From: Trichinella spiralis
Taxonomy: Eukaryota
Direction of reading: 5' to 3'
NCBI RefSeq assembly: GCF_000181795.1
Contig: NW_003526943.1
Span: 8,659,472 to 8,723,471 of the forward strand
Length of the DNA: 64,000 nucleotides
A program made the translations under genes and the position numbers. The notes under the pieces were generated by a model. The model saw nothing but the letters and a program-made list of their open reading frames with translations. It had not been told where the DNA came from and ran no database searches. Numbering within the stretch: the stretch's first letter is position 1; each line of letters starts with the position of its first letter. Positions 53,327-64,000 of this stretch are shown one piece after another.

Positions 53327-54298
53327 TTTCAAAAATTAACGTTTTCAGAAACGACATAAATATCTTCACATCAGTATTGCACTACCTAAGCAAGCACTTA
53401 TTAAAATCGACCATTTGTAACGCAAAAATACAAACGAACACAAATCACTTTTCAATTTACAAATGCAAAAAATTAAAATTACATTTAAAAAAGCAAAAAA
53501 CAACATTTTAAAAAAGCTAAATTTTTGAAATTAAAATTTTCTAAACAATTTAAAAAAACAATTCTACCATAACACTCGTTCATAATTTAATAGTCAAATG
53601 GAATTACATGTACAATATAAAGGAAAAGCAGGTATAACTACAGTAATTATATAAGCACCCATCCAATTCTAAGCTATTTAACTTTTGAATTAATTTTCAC
53701 TTGGATCATCAAACGTGTGCTTTTACGATTTTCATCATTACAGTTTTAATTTCTATTTAATTTTCTTCGACTGCACTTTCTGCATTAAAAAGTTAAAATT
53801 CGTCAGATGGGCCTTCTGGACTTATAGAGAAATTTTCTTTATCCTTCTTTCACTAAATTAAGATTTTAATCTGTTGAAAGTGATGAAGTGTGAATCCATC
53901 TTATGGAAATGCTTTTCACTGGCCTCTGCTAAAAGAGATTTCATTAGCTGACAATTCCTAATACATCGTCAGCTAATAAGTCTTAGTCATGAATGGCAGC
54001 ATTATTTCAGCTTTTTTTGGTCAAAATATTTCATTTACAATTTCCATACCTTTAGTTGAATTTTAACTATGTATATCGCATTTTATGATGTATCATTATG
54101 TATCGTTTTCACATTTAATTTTTGTGACAGTGATGCAAGATAGAAAGAAGTATTCAGACGCTGTAGACGTCTCTCAGGTGTAAATAAGTAAAAATTAATT
54201 TTTCAAAATTGTACAAAAAAGCACCATAAATTACAAAAATGTTACATTAAAAGTTTAATATATAAAAAAACATCAAAATGAAACAACGTCAAAAAAAA

Positions 54299-56546
54299 TC
54301 ACGGATTATAGGGTGAACGATTGGAATTCATACTTTGCCTGCGGTTTCTTGTATTCCTCGCAGGAGCATTCATTAAAGCTAAGTATCTTAATTCTGGCCA
54401 CACTCCAACCGTTTCAGGTGTTACGGTTTGAAGGGCATCTTCGCTTAAATTTTCCAAATTTTCGTTGTTTTCATCTCTTTCAGCCAAACTACCCACTTCC
54501 ATTTCTAAACTAGAGGACATACTGCGCAATGCATTTTGAACTGCATTAAACGACATTGCTTCGTTCAATGAACTCGGTTTCGCGTCTTCTACCATTGCCG
54601 TACTTAAAATTCAAATGAACAGTCTTTCAAAATATTGAAATAAGACTATTTTAATTATAAATTTAATCAACTTACAACTGATCATAATCGTCAAGCTTGC
54701 CCATCATCCATTTAACTTCGCGCATCACTTTTAATAATTCTGGATGAGTCTTGTAAACTGATAACACAGACGTGAGATAAGCTTCTGCGCGTTCGTACTC
54801 ACTTTTTGTTATATACAAATCAACTAACGTGTAAATGGCTGGCAAATAATACGGAGACATCTTTAATGCACTTTCCAATGAGCATGTTGCTTCACGATGA
54901 GACTTCCCATCACTACTATTATCCTGATTGCTATCAATGATCTCCATATGAATGATCACTTTAGCATGAAGAGTGGACGTCGGAGCTGTACTACCGATAC
55001 GATATATACAAACGGTCGCCGTTTCTTTGGCATCTTCGTAACGTTTCAATTTTATCAAGACGCTAACCATTGTTTCATATACTTCAAATCTAAAATTTAT
55101 CAAAATATACACAGTCTCTGTGAATTTATATATCTACCTATATATGTATATGCGCATATTGTGATCAGAAAAAGATATATTTCAGTTTTATTACCTGCGT
55201 GGATTCATACACAATGCTTTATGCAAATATGGTATCGCTTCTTTCGGTTTGGGCCCCTCCGCCAAAAGTATACCAGCAATCAAATAGCCTTCAAAATGTG
55301 GCATATTAACAGTGCCTTGGCCTTTTTTTGCATAGGAGAATCCTTCTTCAATCTGGAACGAATAACGGCAAAAATATGCCAAAGCAGTGTACGTTTGGAC
55401 TGAAAATTTGAAATGAGTTATCAAATGCCATAATATTGCCTCGGCATCTTTCGTTCGGTTCAGTGACAACAACAGCGCAATGTAACCGTCCAAATCCTAC
55501 AATATTTGAAAAAAAAAACAGCTAAAAGATATCCATTAAATAAATAAAAATGCATCCAATTAACGTGCAAATTACCTCCGGATTGTATGGGTCAAAGCGA
55601 AAACATTTTTGATAATAATCAGCTGCTTCAATCATGAAACCACAAAGTTTACTAACTGCAGCTAGTTGCCGCAAAATTACTGCATTCTCTTTCAATACCT
55701 CGGCAACCTTCTTCAAACACATCAAACCATTAAGCAAATTCCTTGAAGTAATTTCAATTTGAGCGTCGAACCAATCATCGAACCAAGATTCACCAAGCAA
55801 TTCCCTCAGCTTGAGTCCATTTTTCGATGTCCAAGTTTCTATCGTATTTTTCACTTCGTCAGACATTCCGAAATTCAAAACTCGTACCAAAGTATACAAA
55901 GCATATGGAAATTCACCTTCAATCGAACAATAATAATCACTCTCAAATTATAAAAATTAATAACAGTCATAATTGTCAATAAATACCCAATATCTCTTTA
56001 GAAATGTTAACTGCTTTCTCATTATCACAGACTTTAAAATAGCAATCTGCTAAACAGGCCAACAACTTGAATGATCGATGTTTTGCAATTAAACTTTCCA
56101 ATAACCCAACTGCTTCATTCATGCAGCCCACATTTATGAAGCTTTTTACAATTCGAAATTCATGCTCTAGATAAGCTTCTGATAAGCCAATAGTTTCCTT
56201 CTTTAAAAATGTCTTCGAAATTGTAGCAGCTGCAAAATTATACGAAGTTAAACTCTTGTTTTAACATGCCAAAGGTAGATGCTTTCTTGTTCATCTACTC
56301 ACACTTGGAATCTAGCTTGCGCAAATCTCGCAGTGCACTTTGATAAACAAACTTTGCTTTTTCATATAAGCCACGTTCAAAAAGTGCTAATGCATAACAC
56401 TGCATTGCTTCATAATGTTCTCTTTCTCCTAAGATAGTTAAGCACATCGTATCTTTAGTTTCTACGATGGAACCTAAGTAAATAACGTCGTCGTACATCT
56501 CATTCAACAGCAATGCCTGCAACGCTTCCACTAACGTTGCTGCCAT
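54299..56546 (-). CDS. ANAPC7: Anaphase-promoting complex subunit 7-like TPR protein, multi-exon
   Basis: Colinear similarity by eye to APC7 throughout: YALALFERGLYEKA (cf. HADSLFHDKEYRNA), LKENAVILRQLA (LRDNVDLLGSLA), FDPY..DGYIALL (LDPY..DVYGYLL), EAIPYLHKALCMNPRRFEVYE (EAIIHFREAIRLAPCRLDCYE), ALKMSPYYLPA (ALTQRPDYIKA). Confidence 0.75.
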
Positions 56547-56807
56547 TGCGCTTAAAATAACAATATAAAAAATGTAAAGCATACTTAATAAACATCAGAA
56601 ACTGAAATAGATAATCAAATGAATAAATTGCTAACAAATACAACAAAAACAACATTTCAGTTTTTCAATTTTATTTTTTCAATCCATTAGAAATGGTTCA
56701 CAATTCACTGCTCATGACTTGGCACGCCTGCCTAAAACATAAACAATATTAGTATATACAAATTTAATAAAATATTTCAAAATAAAATTCATACCCATGA
56801 TTCAAAA

Positions 56808-57795
56808 TTATCGAAGACGACGCGCTTCTCGTTCTGATTCAAGCAATGTTAAAATATCTCCCTCTCGTACTGGCCCTTTCACATTTCGAATGATACAACG
56901 CTTCGGATCGCCAATAAATTCTACTCGCACCTAAAACAAATTTTTATAGATAATTCATAAACGACAGCTAAACATTTAATCAGTTTAACAATAAAACAAT
57001 CAAATTCAACATCGAAACAAAAAAATTAAATTATATGACATAGTAATACTCATGGCATTTTTCACATCAATTAGTTAAATTCTTACCACATATTTGCATT
57101 GCCGTTTTGAAAAACATCATTTTGACATCTGAATGCCATTCTTACAGTATGAATAATTATTCGCTATCTTAAAAAGCCAATATTTCAATACAGATGAAAT
57201 TCAAATTACTTTTCCCCTGAACAAACTTAACTTTTGCATAAAATGAATATTAAAAAACAACAGAAGTACAAAAAGCCTCAATTATTATTATGCCACAACC
57301 GCAGTATTAAGAGTTTTGAAGTTTTATTAGATATGGCAAGCATTATTAGAATAGCAAGTATAATCTTCATTGCCTATCCAGTGCTTCTAAGAAAATGTAA
57401 TACTGTTATTACTCTCTTCAAAATCATTATTATGATCAAATATAATGTTAGCTTGAAAGAAAGAAATCCGTTTTCAACTATTAAAAATAAAAGATATCAA
57501 AATAATGGCTAAGAAAACACAAGATGCTAAAATTTCAGAGAAAAATTTACGTATAAGTGAGTGAAACAAAAAATTAACAATATAAGAAAGAAGAGATTAA
57601 ATAAAACATTATAAGTAAGGATGAATTAAAAATTAATTTTCAATATGTTTTGAAACTGTAACTCACTTGAGTACACTGTCCTTGCGAACCAGTTCGCCCC
57701 AAAATTTTCGTCACCTAAATGCAAACACATACGTAAAAACAGATAAAACAATTAACTAATAAATTCACTTTCGCCAGTTGAATCGATTTATCCAT
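56808..57795 (-). CDS. RPS28: 40S ribosomal protein S28 (eS28); introns 57715-57768 and 56931-57666, plus 3'UTR intron 56732-56794
   Basis: Spliced translation [65 protein letters not shown]. Confidence 0.97.
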
Positions 57796-58241
57796 AGCAC
57801 AAACTGAGAAAAAGTTATCCAAAATACAACAACGTGTCTATACAGTAAGATATCGATGCACAAAAGTAAAAATAAAGCATACTGTAATTTGTACTGCTTG
57901 TCAATAAATATGAACTAAATTTTTTAGTTTTAAGATTTCATTAAAAAAACACTTAAATGTGTAACAAAATTATTGTTTAATATAATAAAAAGCTAATTTC
58001 AATAATCTGATTAGTAATTTTTCTACATATTTCTTCTTCATCAAATAAAATTTTTGCATGAACCATAATACTTCAATACTATTTCCATTAATATTTGTTG
58101 CCTATTAGTGTGCGTTATATTGTTAAAAAGCACTTCTAATGAATAGCACAAAATGTAAGTGTAATTACCGAACTTCAGTAAGCAAAGCAGACAGCTGCGT
58201 TCCTATGGAAGCGGCACTAGGGCGGCCGCCATTCCCTAGCG

Positions 58242-58816
58242 CAGGGATAGGCAAACTTTTTCTATCATCGAACCCTTATGGATTCCTTGATGCCTCATCG
58301 ACCCCCAAGCTCCTAAAAATATTATTAATACTGAATTTTTTTATCATAAGGTATTGCTTTTGCGCTTTTCACCTTTACTAATTCTCGATTAAATTCATTT
58401 CACCTTTACGTTCAATTTATCCCATCTTCAGTTAATATATCTGTTGCTATAATGGCCGTATTCATGTGAATAATAATGTTAATAACTTCATGATTAAGTT
58501 AAAGGTAGTTGATAATTCTTTAACTATTTCGCATTGTTAATGAGAAGGATGTGTTTGATGAGCGACAGCAAGGGCACTGATATTTGGCTGGAGGTTGGTG
58601 AGTTTTTGGCGTAAACGAACGCATTTCCAGATTTAATCTGTTCCTCTGCTTTGTTCCTTTTTTGTGGTGTCCCTTGATAGTTCAGAAAATTATAAATTAC
58701 TGTTACAAAATATTTCTACACGAAGTAAATTCTTCAAATGGGATTTCAAAGTTTGTATTCGAACCCGGAGTTCATCGACCCCAAAAGGTCGATATCGACC
58801 ACTTTGACTACCCTTG
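58242..58816. mobile_element. Non-autonomous hAT (Charlie/Buster-type) DNA transposon, 575 bp
   Basis: TIRs cagggataggcaaact and actttgactacccttg (reverse complement caagggtagtcaaagt). An 8-bp TSD ccctagcg (58234-58241) / ccctagtg (58817-58824) has a CTAG core. Subterminal tcatcga(a/c)ccc repeats occur at both ends. Confidence 0.82.
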
Positions 58817-60339
58817 CCCTAGTGGTTGGCCGAATAATTTTATCGCTTAAGTAACGTTTATTTATTGGTTTCGGCAAGATTTTCAGCAGTTAGTTAAACG
58901 ATTGCTAAGTGATGAATGAGAATATGATAAGCGCCATAGACAATATTATCGTCAATGTTTGTTCTAAAAAACACAATATATCATTCGAATAATAAAAATT
59001 ATGTTTAGGTTGATCTCAGGTTGTAAAGTTTTATTTGCAGATCACAAACACACAACGTTCGTGTAGCCACCACCCCCGCTAATATGTTATGTTTCCTCCA
59101 TCAGTGCCACTGAAAGTAAACTGTATAAATGCTGAGCGGCAGATTCAATTACGCTGAAGAGCTTTATTTTTATTCGTGTGTGTAATTTGTGATATCCACA
59201 GATAAAATATATATTAACTTTACTCTGCAATCCAAATCCAATGCAAAGGCAAAGGAAAGAATAAGGTAGTAAAACACATGAAACATGCTACGTTAAAAAA
59301 CTACCTTTTTTAACTTTTGACATAATACTCAAAAAATAAAAGACAATATTAAGTGTTTTTTTCAAAAAAGAGAACTGAAAACCAAGTGAGCGATTCGTAT
59401 GTAGACATTTATATACATCCCTAAGTGAAAGATGTCTCATCACTCTCCAGAAACTAGTACATTGATCCCCCCAAATTAACGGATTATGGATACCCCATAA
59501 TCCTACAACAAAAATTTTCAATACATAAGTATTGGTATTTGTATATTTACCTTGAATTCAGTAAATATTACCAACGATTAGATCGTTTGGACTTCTAGTT
59601 CAACTTATAAAATCAAATAAGAAATTGGGTTTTGTTAGGTTATGTTTTTCAAATTATATGAAAAGAAAGTTTCTTTATTTCTTAGCATTATAATTTTTTA
59701 GTAACAAAAAATTAATTTTTTTCGCTTTTCTACAAGTGATAAAAGAACACTATCATAATTTACGGTTCTGTATGACCAATTATTACAGTACAACCCTTAT
59801 GTAATAGCGATGCATAAAATTCTTTTCTCTTTTAAATGAATATTGTGGCACTTCAGTTTACATTCTTTATGAGCTTCTCCAATAATATTTTAATGTTTTG
59901 TCGATTCCGGCAAAAATTTTTAATCTTGCATTATTTATTATTTGCAAAAGAAGTTTAACAGCTCTTTTCTTAAGTTTAGCGTCACTTAGCTTAAAATAAT
60001 GTTCACATAATTCACTTTTAATTATTTTAATTGTATTTTTCTTAACTGATCACTGTTAAATAAGCAAAAAGCAGTTCTGTAACAGAATGCATTATAAAAT
60101 TTTCCAGCCCATATAAGCATATCTGTACAATATAGGCAAACCAATATAAACAAAGAAGCGGTTTCTTGAACCTACCACTGCAAATTAATGCTTGCGCACA
60201 CGTTTTACGGTAACTACAGTAAACTATTTTATATAAGAAAATATATGTGAACGAATAAAAATACAAATAAATAAATTTATGTATTTTATTTTGTTCGTAT
60301 ATTTTTTGTTGTTGTTTTTATGTTATAATTGCTCCCATT

Positions 60340-61760
60340 CAGAGGAAGTTTATGACCCGACTTTATGTGATCCTTCATAAATTACAGAAAAAAATGTGAA
60401 TGTATGGAAATCTTTGAAGTATCATTGAGGCTGAGTTGCCTAATTTGATTACGCACCACAATTTTTAGAGGAACAGTGGACTCTGTGGAACAGCGCCAAG
60501 ATGTTGCTGAAATTAATGCTTTATTCTTACGAATGAGCGGTACAGTAATATACTTAGATATCTTGATTGCTGGAAGTGACAGATGAGAGCACTAGGTTGA
60601 AACAGTTCTGCGTCCATTGCGAGAAAACACATAATGGTTAAATGAAGAAAGCATCATTTTCCGATGACGCTGTCGAAATTCAAGATTGGTGAAGAAGGGA
60701 TACACCCGACAGACGAAGCAAAGAAGCACAAAGACTTTTCAAAATAAAATTCCTGGATTTTTCAGATCAAAACAATGATCTGAAAGTGGCACTTCACTGC
60801 AGGCATTTTATGGCAGTAGTAAGACTTATTAAGAAATATATTCCTTCGAAAATGGTTAGCAGCTATCAGAGGAATATCAGAAGATGGTATTGTAGGATGG
60901 CAAAGTCAGAATTCTGCCTAAACTAAGGAAGGAGGGGTTAGAGGTACGTCAAGCGCGATGTATTCTCAAAACGTAGCTGGAAGTTGCGTTTAATGACAAG
61001 CAATGGACTCGTAAGATGGAACAAATTAAAAAGAATTGTAGAATTTGTGAGGAAAATTGAAGAAGCCTTCTGTTAGCATCTATTCATCTTGGATTTGACC
61101 TAAAAGACCATATACAAATGTTTAATGTTAATTTCTTGCAGACATTCATGTGAATTCTCAGTTGAAAGCCCTGAAAAAAAGTTGACGATGAATGATAAGC
61201 GAAGAGAACGATCCGACTGAGAAAGATGACTGATGTTGATATGGAAACAAAGCCAGCAAAGCAAAAGTTGCTTGCAATGACAACTACGCTTACAGCGATT
61301 TTGGGAAGAAGTCATCATTAAATGGATAAGTATGACTTTGAAAATTCCTCGAAGAGCAGTTTAAACTTGGGACTTGTTTCATAAGATCAGATCAGAGACT
61401 TGTTTACCACGAGATGTGGTTGCGCAATGGTCAGGATACTTCTTTCCCTCTCCAGACGGCTCTACCAACCCCCAGCTGCCGTGCCAACTGAATCAGCTTG
61501 ATGCTTCTTTTAAAGTACAGTTACAGTTGCAAACACAGGAATGGTATGCAGGACAAGAGTGAAAGAATGGTGAACCCCGATTCGCTGCATAACAAGTGCG
61601 TCAACAGGTCAAAAAGTCGAAGTATGGTGAAACCGTCGGAGTTTTGAGGAAGTTTGGAAATCATGTCGAGTATGAATGGAACATCTACCCCGCAAACTTT
61701 CACAGCTCTGTATTCTGTCTACTGTGTTGTATATTTGTATAATCTTGTTCAAATAAAATA
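60340..61760 (+). mobile_element. Highly decayed retroelement remnant, possibly the 3' half of a non-LTR retrotransposon
   Basis: GC-richer, stop-ridden patch with fragments resembling LYxDD (actttatgtgatc), YLGI (IYLDILI), LPK..EGGLG (cctaaactaaggaaggaggggttag) and a C..CG motif, in RT-to-C-terminal order. An aataaa lies near 61753. Confidence 0.35.
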
Positions 61761-62745
61761 TTTTCCGGATGTCCGTATTTGAGTGCCAACATTTGAATAG
61801 GCAGTATTTAAGGTGTTGCCATTCCTTATAACTTTCTGAGCGTTTTAAGTTGATTTAAGTTCATTATTTCAAAATACAAATCGTGACCATTCACATTCAT
61901 GGTTAACAACAAAGCACTGGTGAATGGTTGACAAAGAAATCAGAATTATTCGAGTATTTTTGAAGAGATGTAATGCAGGTAATATCTTGAACCAATAATA
62001 GCTGGGGATTTTTCTGAGTGTATCAGTAATTTCTGACATGATGCTCAGTGTGCAATATATGACAGTTGTGTTACATTAAGCTGCTATTGATGATGAATGA
62101 CAGTTTTTTTTTAATTATCAGTTTCAATCAGAAAAACTATGAATCACAAAAGAATTTCTGTCACGTCACGTCAGTTTTCTTTTGAATTATGAAAACATAT
62201 TTCAACGTTTTCTAATACTTCTACGCCATTTGGGAATGCAAATTGAAAAGATTAAAAGTATTTCTGCATTTGTTATTCAATTGTGCAGATTTGGTGATAT
62301 TTACATAAATTTATGTTTTGCAGTGGAATTTTAGTTTATGAAAAATGAGAATAACATTTAATTTATTATAATAAATTTTAGCGGCATCAAGTATATCAAT
62401 TACTTTGATACATATCGAATTGGGGAAAATCTTCATATTTTAATTTATTTATCATTTTAAATGTCATAAAAATAACACCACCATTTAATATTGTTATTAT
62501 ATAAATATGTGATTGTATAATAATATTATCTTTAAATTTTTCTTTCAAACTTTACGAACAAATGTTTAAACATATAATATAGATAAAATAGATTTTTTTA
62601 AACAGAATATTTAAAAAGAAATAAAAAGTAAAAAAAAGATAATATTTTTTACTTGTAAAAATTGTTAATAACATGTTGTGCAATTTGAAAAGAAGTGACA
62701 TTGCAGAGATCAGTCGTTCTTAATAATGTTAAGCTGCTTTTTTTC

Positions 62746-64000
62746 TCAAACTGAGATGTGTTCAGTGATGTTGCAGACTTTTAAAACGCTTGAGTCATTT
62801 TTTAACAATGCGCACAATAATATTCCAATAAGAAACCAAATAAAAAATATCGATGGCAGAATGTATTTCAAAATTTTCTGAAAACGTGGTCTGGTGAATT
62901 GCCTGAAAAAAAACGCATGCATGAGAAGTCCAACAAACAGACCACCAGCGTGGGCAATGTAAGATTTCTGTTCACAATCTTCAAGTCCATATCTGCGATA
63001 TATTGCATGACCAAAATCGAACAGTACGAGAACAGAAATGCTGATCAGTTTTCCAATTTGAGTATTCAATCGATTTGAAGTCTGAAATGAAATGAAATTT
63101 GCATATTCCAATTATTTTGCGCAATGAATTGATCTAAATAGTTAGTTGTTCATTAGTAGCAGATATTTTACCAATATGACGTTGGCTAAATGTGCAACCA
63201 AAATTGCATACGATCCACCAGAAGCACCAACAAGAACCACTTCACTATCAATAAGATGATGTAAAACTGAGCCTACGGATGAAATTCATCATTTTCTGTT
63301 TTTTAAGTGTTCATAATTTAATTCAAAATTTTCCCATACTAAAAACAACGGCAGTGATGTAAAGTGGCGCAATCCGCCAAATTTTGTGAACTATTTCAAG
63401 TGGTATTCCGATTACCAATTGCATTACAACATTAAACAGTAGCTGTTCTAATCTGAAACGATAAAACAATAATTTAAAAACAATAATAATAGCAAAAAAA
63501 ATACAAGCATATGTATAGAAGGAAAATTTTAAATAATTTGACTTGAAGTTTTGCTATTATTAACATGTGATTATTTCTGCTCCATTTAAGATTCAGACTA
63601 TTCGATTCAATTATTTCTATTAACATGAAGCATATGTTTCAACATTAATGTTTTTAAATATATTTTATTTTAATATAGTAAAAAAAACATTTAAAATGAA
63701 CTTCATAAATAAATTTATTTAGAAAATTGATTAAATTTATGAAAACAAGTAAATTTACATGTACAAATATTATATCTTTGGTAACACTAAGATAACATAT
63801 AATTAATACCCTTGATGTACTAAACAATATGAAATAAAGCGCCATATTTCAAAAATTCTAGTACTGACGAAAGTCATTGTTCCTTCACGATTTCCATGAA
63901 CAATACATCCAGCGCATCCTGTAACCCAGCCAACTTTTATGTTGCCTTGAACTGTGTAATGAGCATACACAGAAATCTGAAATCAACGTCCGTTAAAATT
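62746..64000 (-). CDS. Rhomboid intramembrane serine protease (RHBDL/rom-like), 3' portion; 5' exons lie outside the window
   Basis: Exons give EIWRFISYCLVHQG|LEQLLFNVVMQLVIGIPLEIVH, LVGASGGSYAILVAHLANVI (catalytic Ser) and SYIAHAGGLFVG (catalytic His). Stop at 62746. Confidence 0.9.

Noticed and set aside
52157..53511. Several plus-strand ORFs antisense to TRMT13, and similar ones opposite ANAPC7, OPA1 and the LRR genes
   Set aside because: Shadow ORFs of real coding exons with no recognisable motifs.

Overview
AT-rich eukaryotic genomic DNA with many short GT-AG introns. It is almost certainly nematode (MUA-3-type LDLa/EGF gene) and most consistent with a clade I, Trichinella-like species, which is an inference from composition, intron size and an ANAPC7-like gene. 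Genes reconstructed by eye, left to right: 5' part of a mua-3-like adhesion receptor (-); STRAD pseudokinase (-); two tandem paralogous anosmin/fend-like Cys-rich type I membrane proteins (-); a very divergent CPEB-family protein (-); OPA1/eat-3 (-); HUS1 (+); MMADHC (-); two inverted LRR transmembrane paralogs sharing a nearly identical 768-nt tract; TRMT13 (-); ANAPC7 (-); RPS28 (-); and the 3' part of a rhomboid protease (-). Intergenic DNA holds a clean hAT/Charlie-type MITE with an 8-bp TSD, another probable MITE, and decayed BEL/Pao, Gypsy and non-LTR remnants. No prokaryote-type system or CRISPR is present. The most notable observations are the apparent gene conversion between the inverted LRR receptors, an inverted 254-nt copy of a CPEB intron/exon just downstream of that gene, the degenerate CPEB with QQFN repeats, a candidate RPS28-ANAPC7 operon, and a structured RPS28 intron. 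All exon structures and family calls are manual and unverified by database search.
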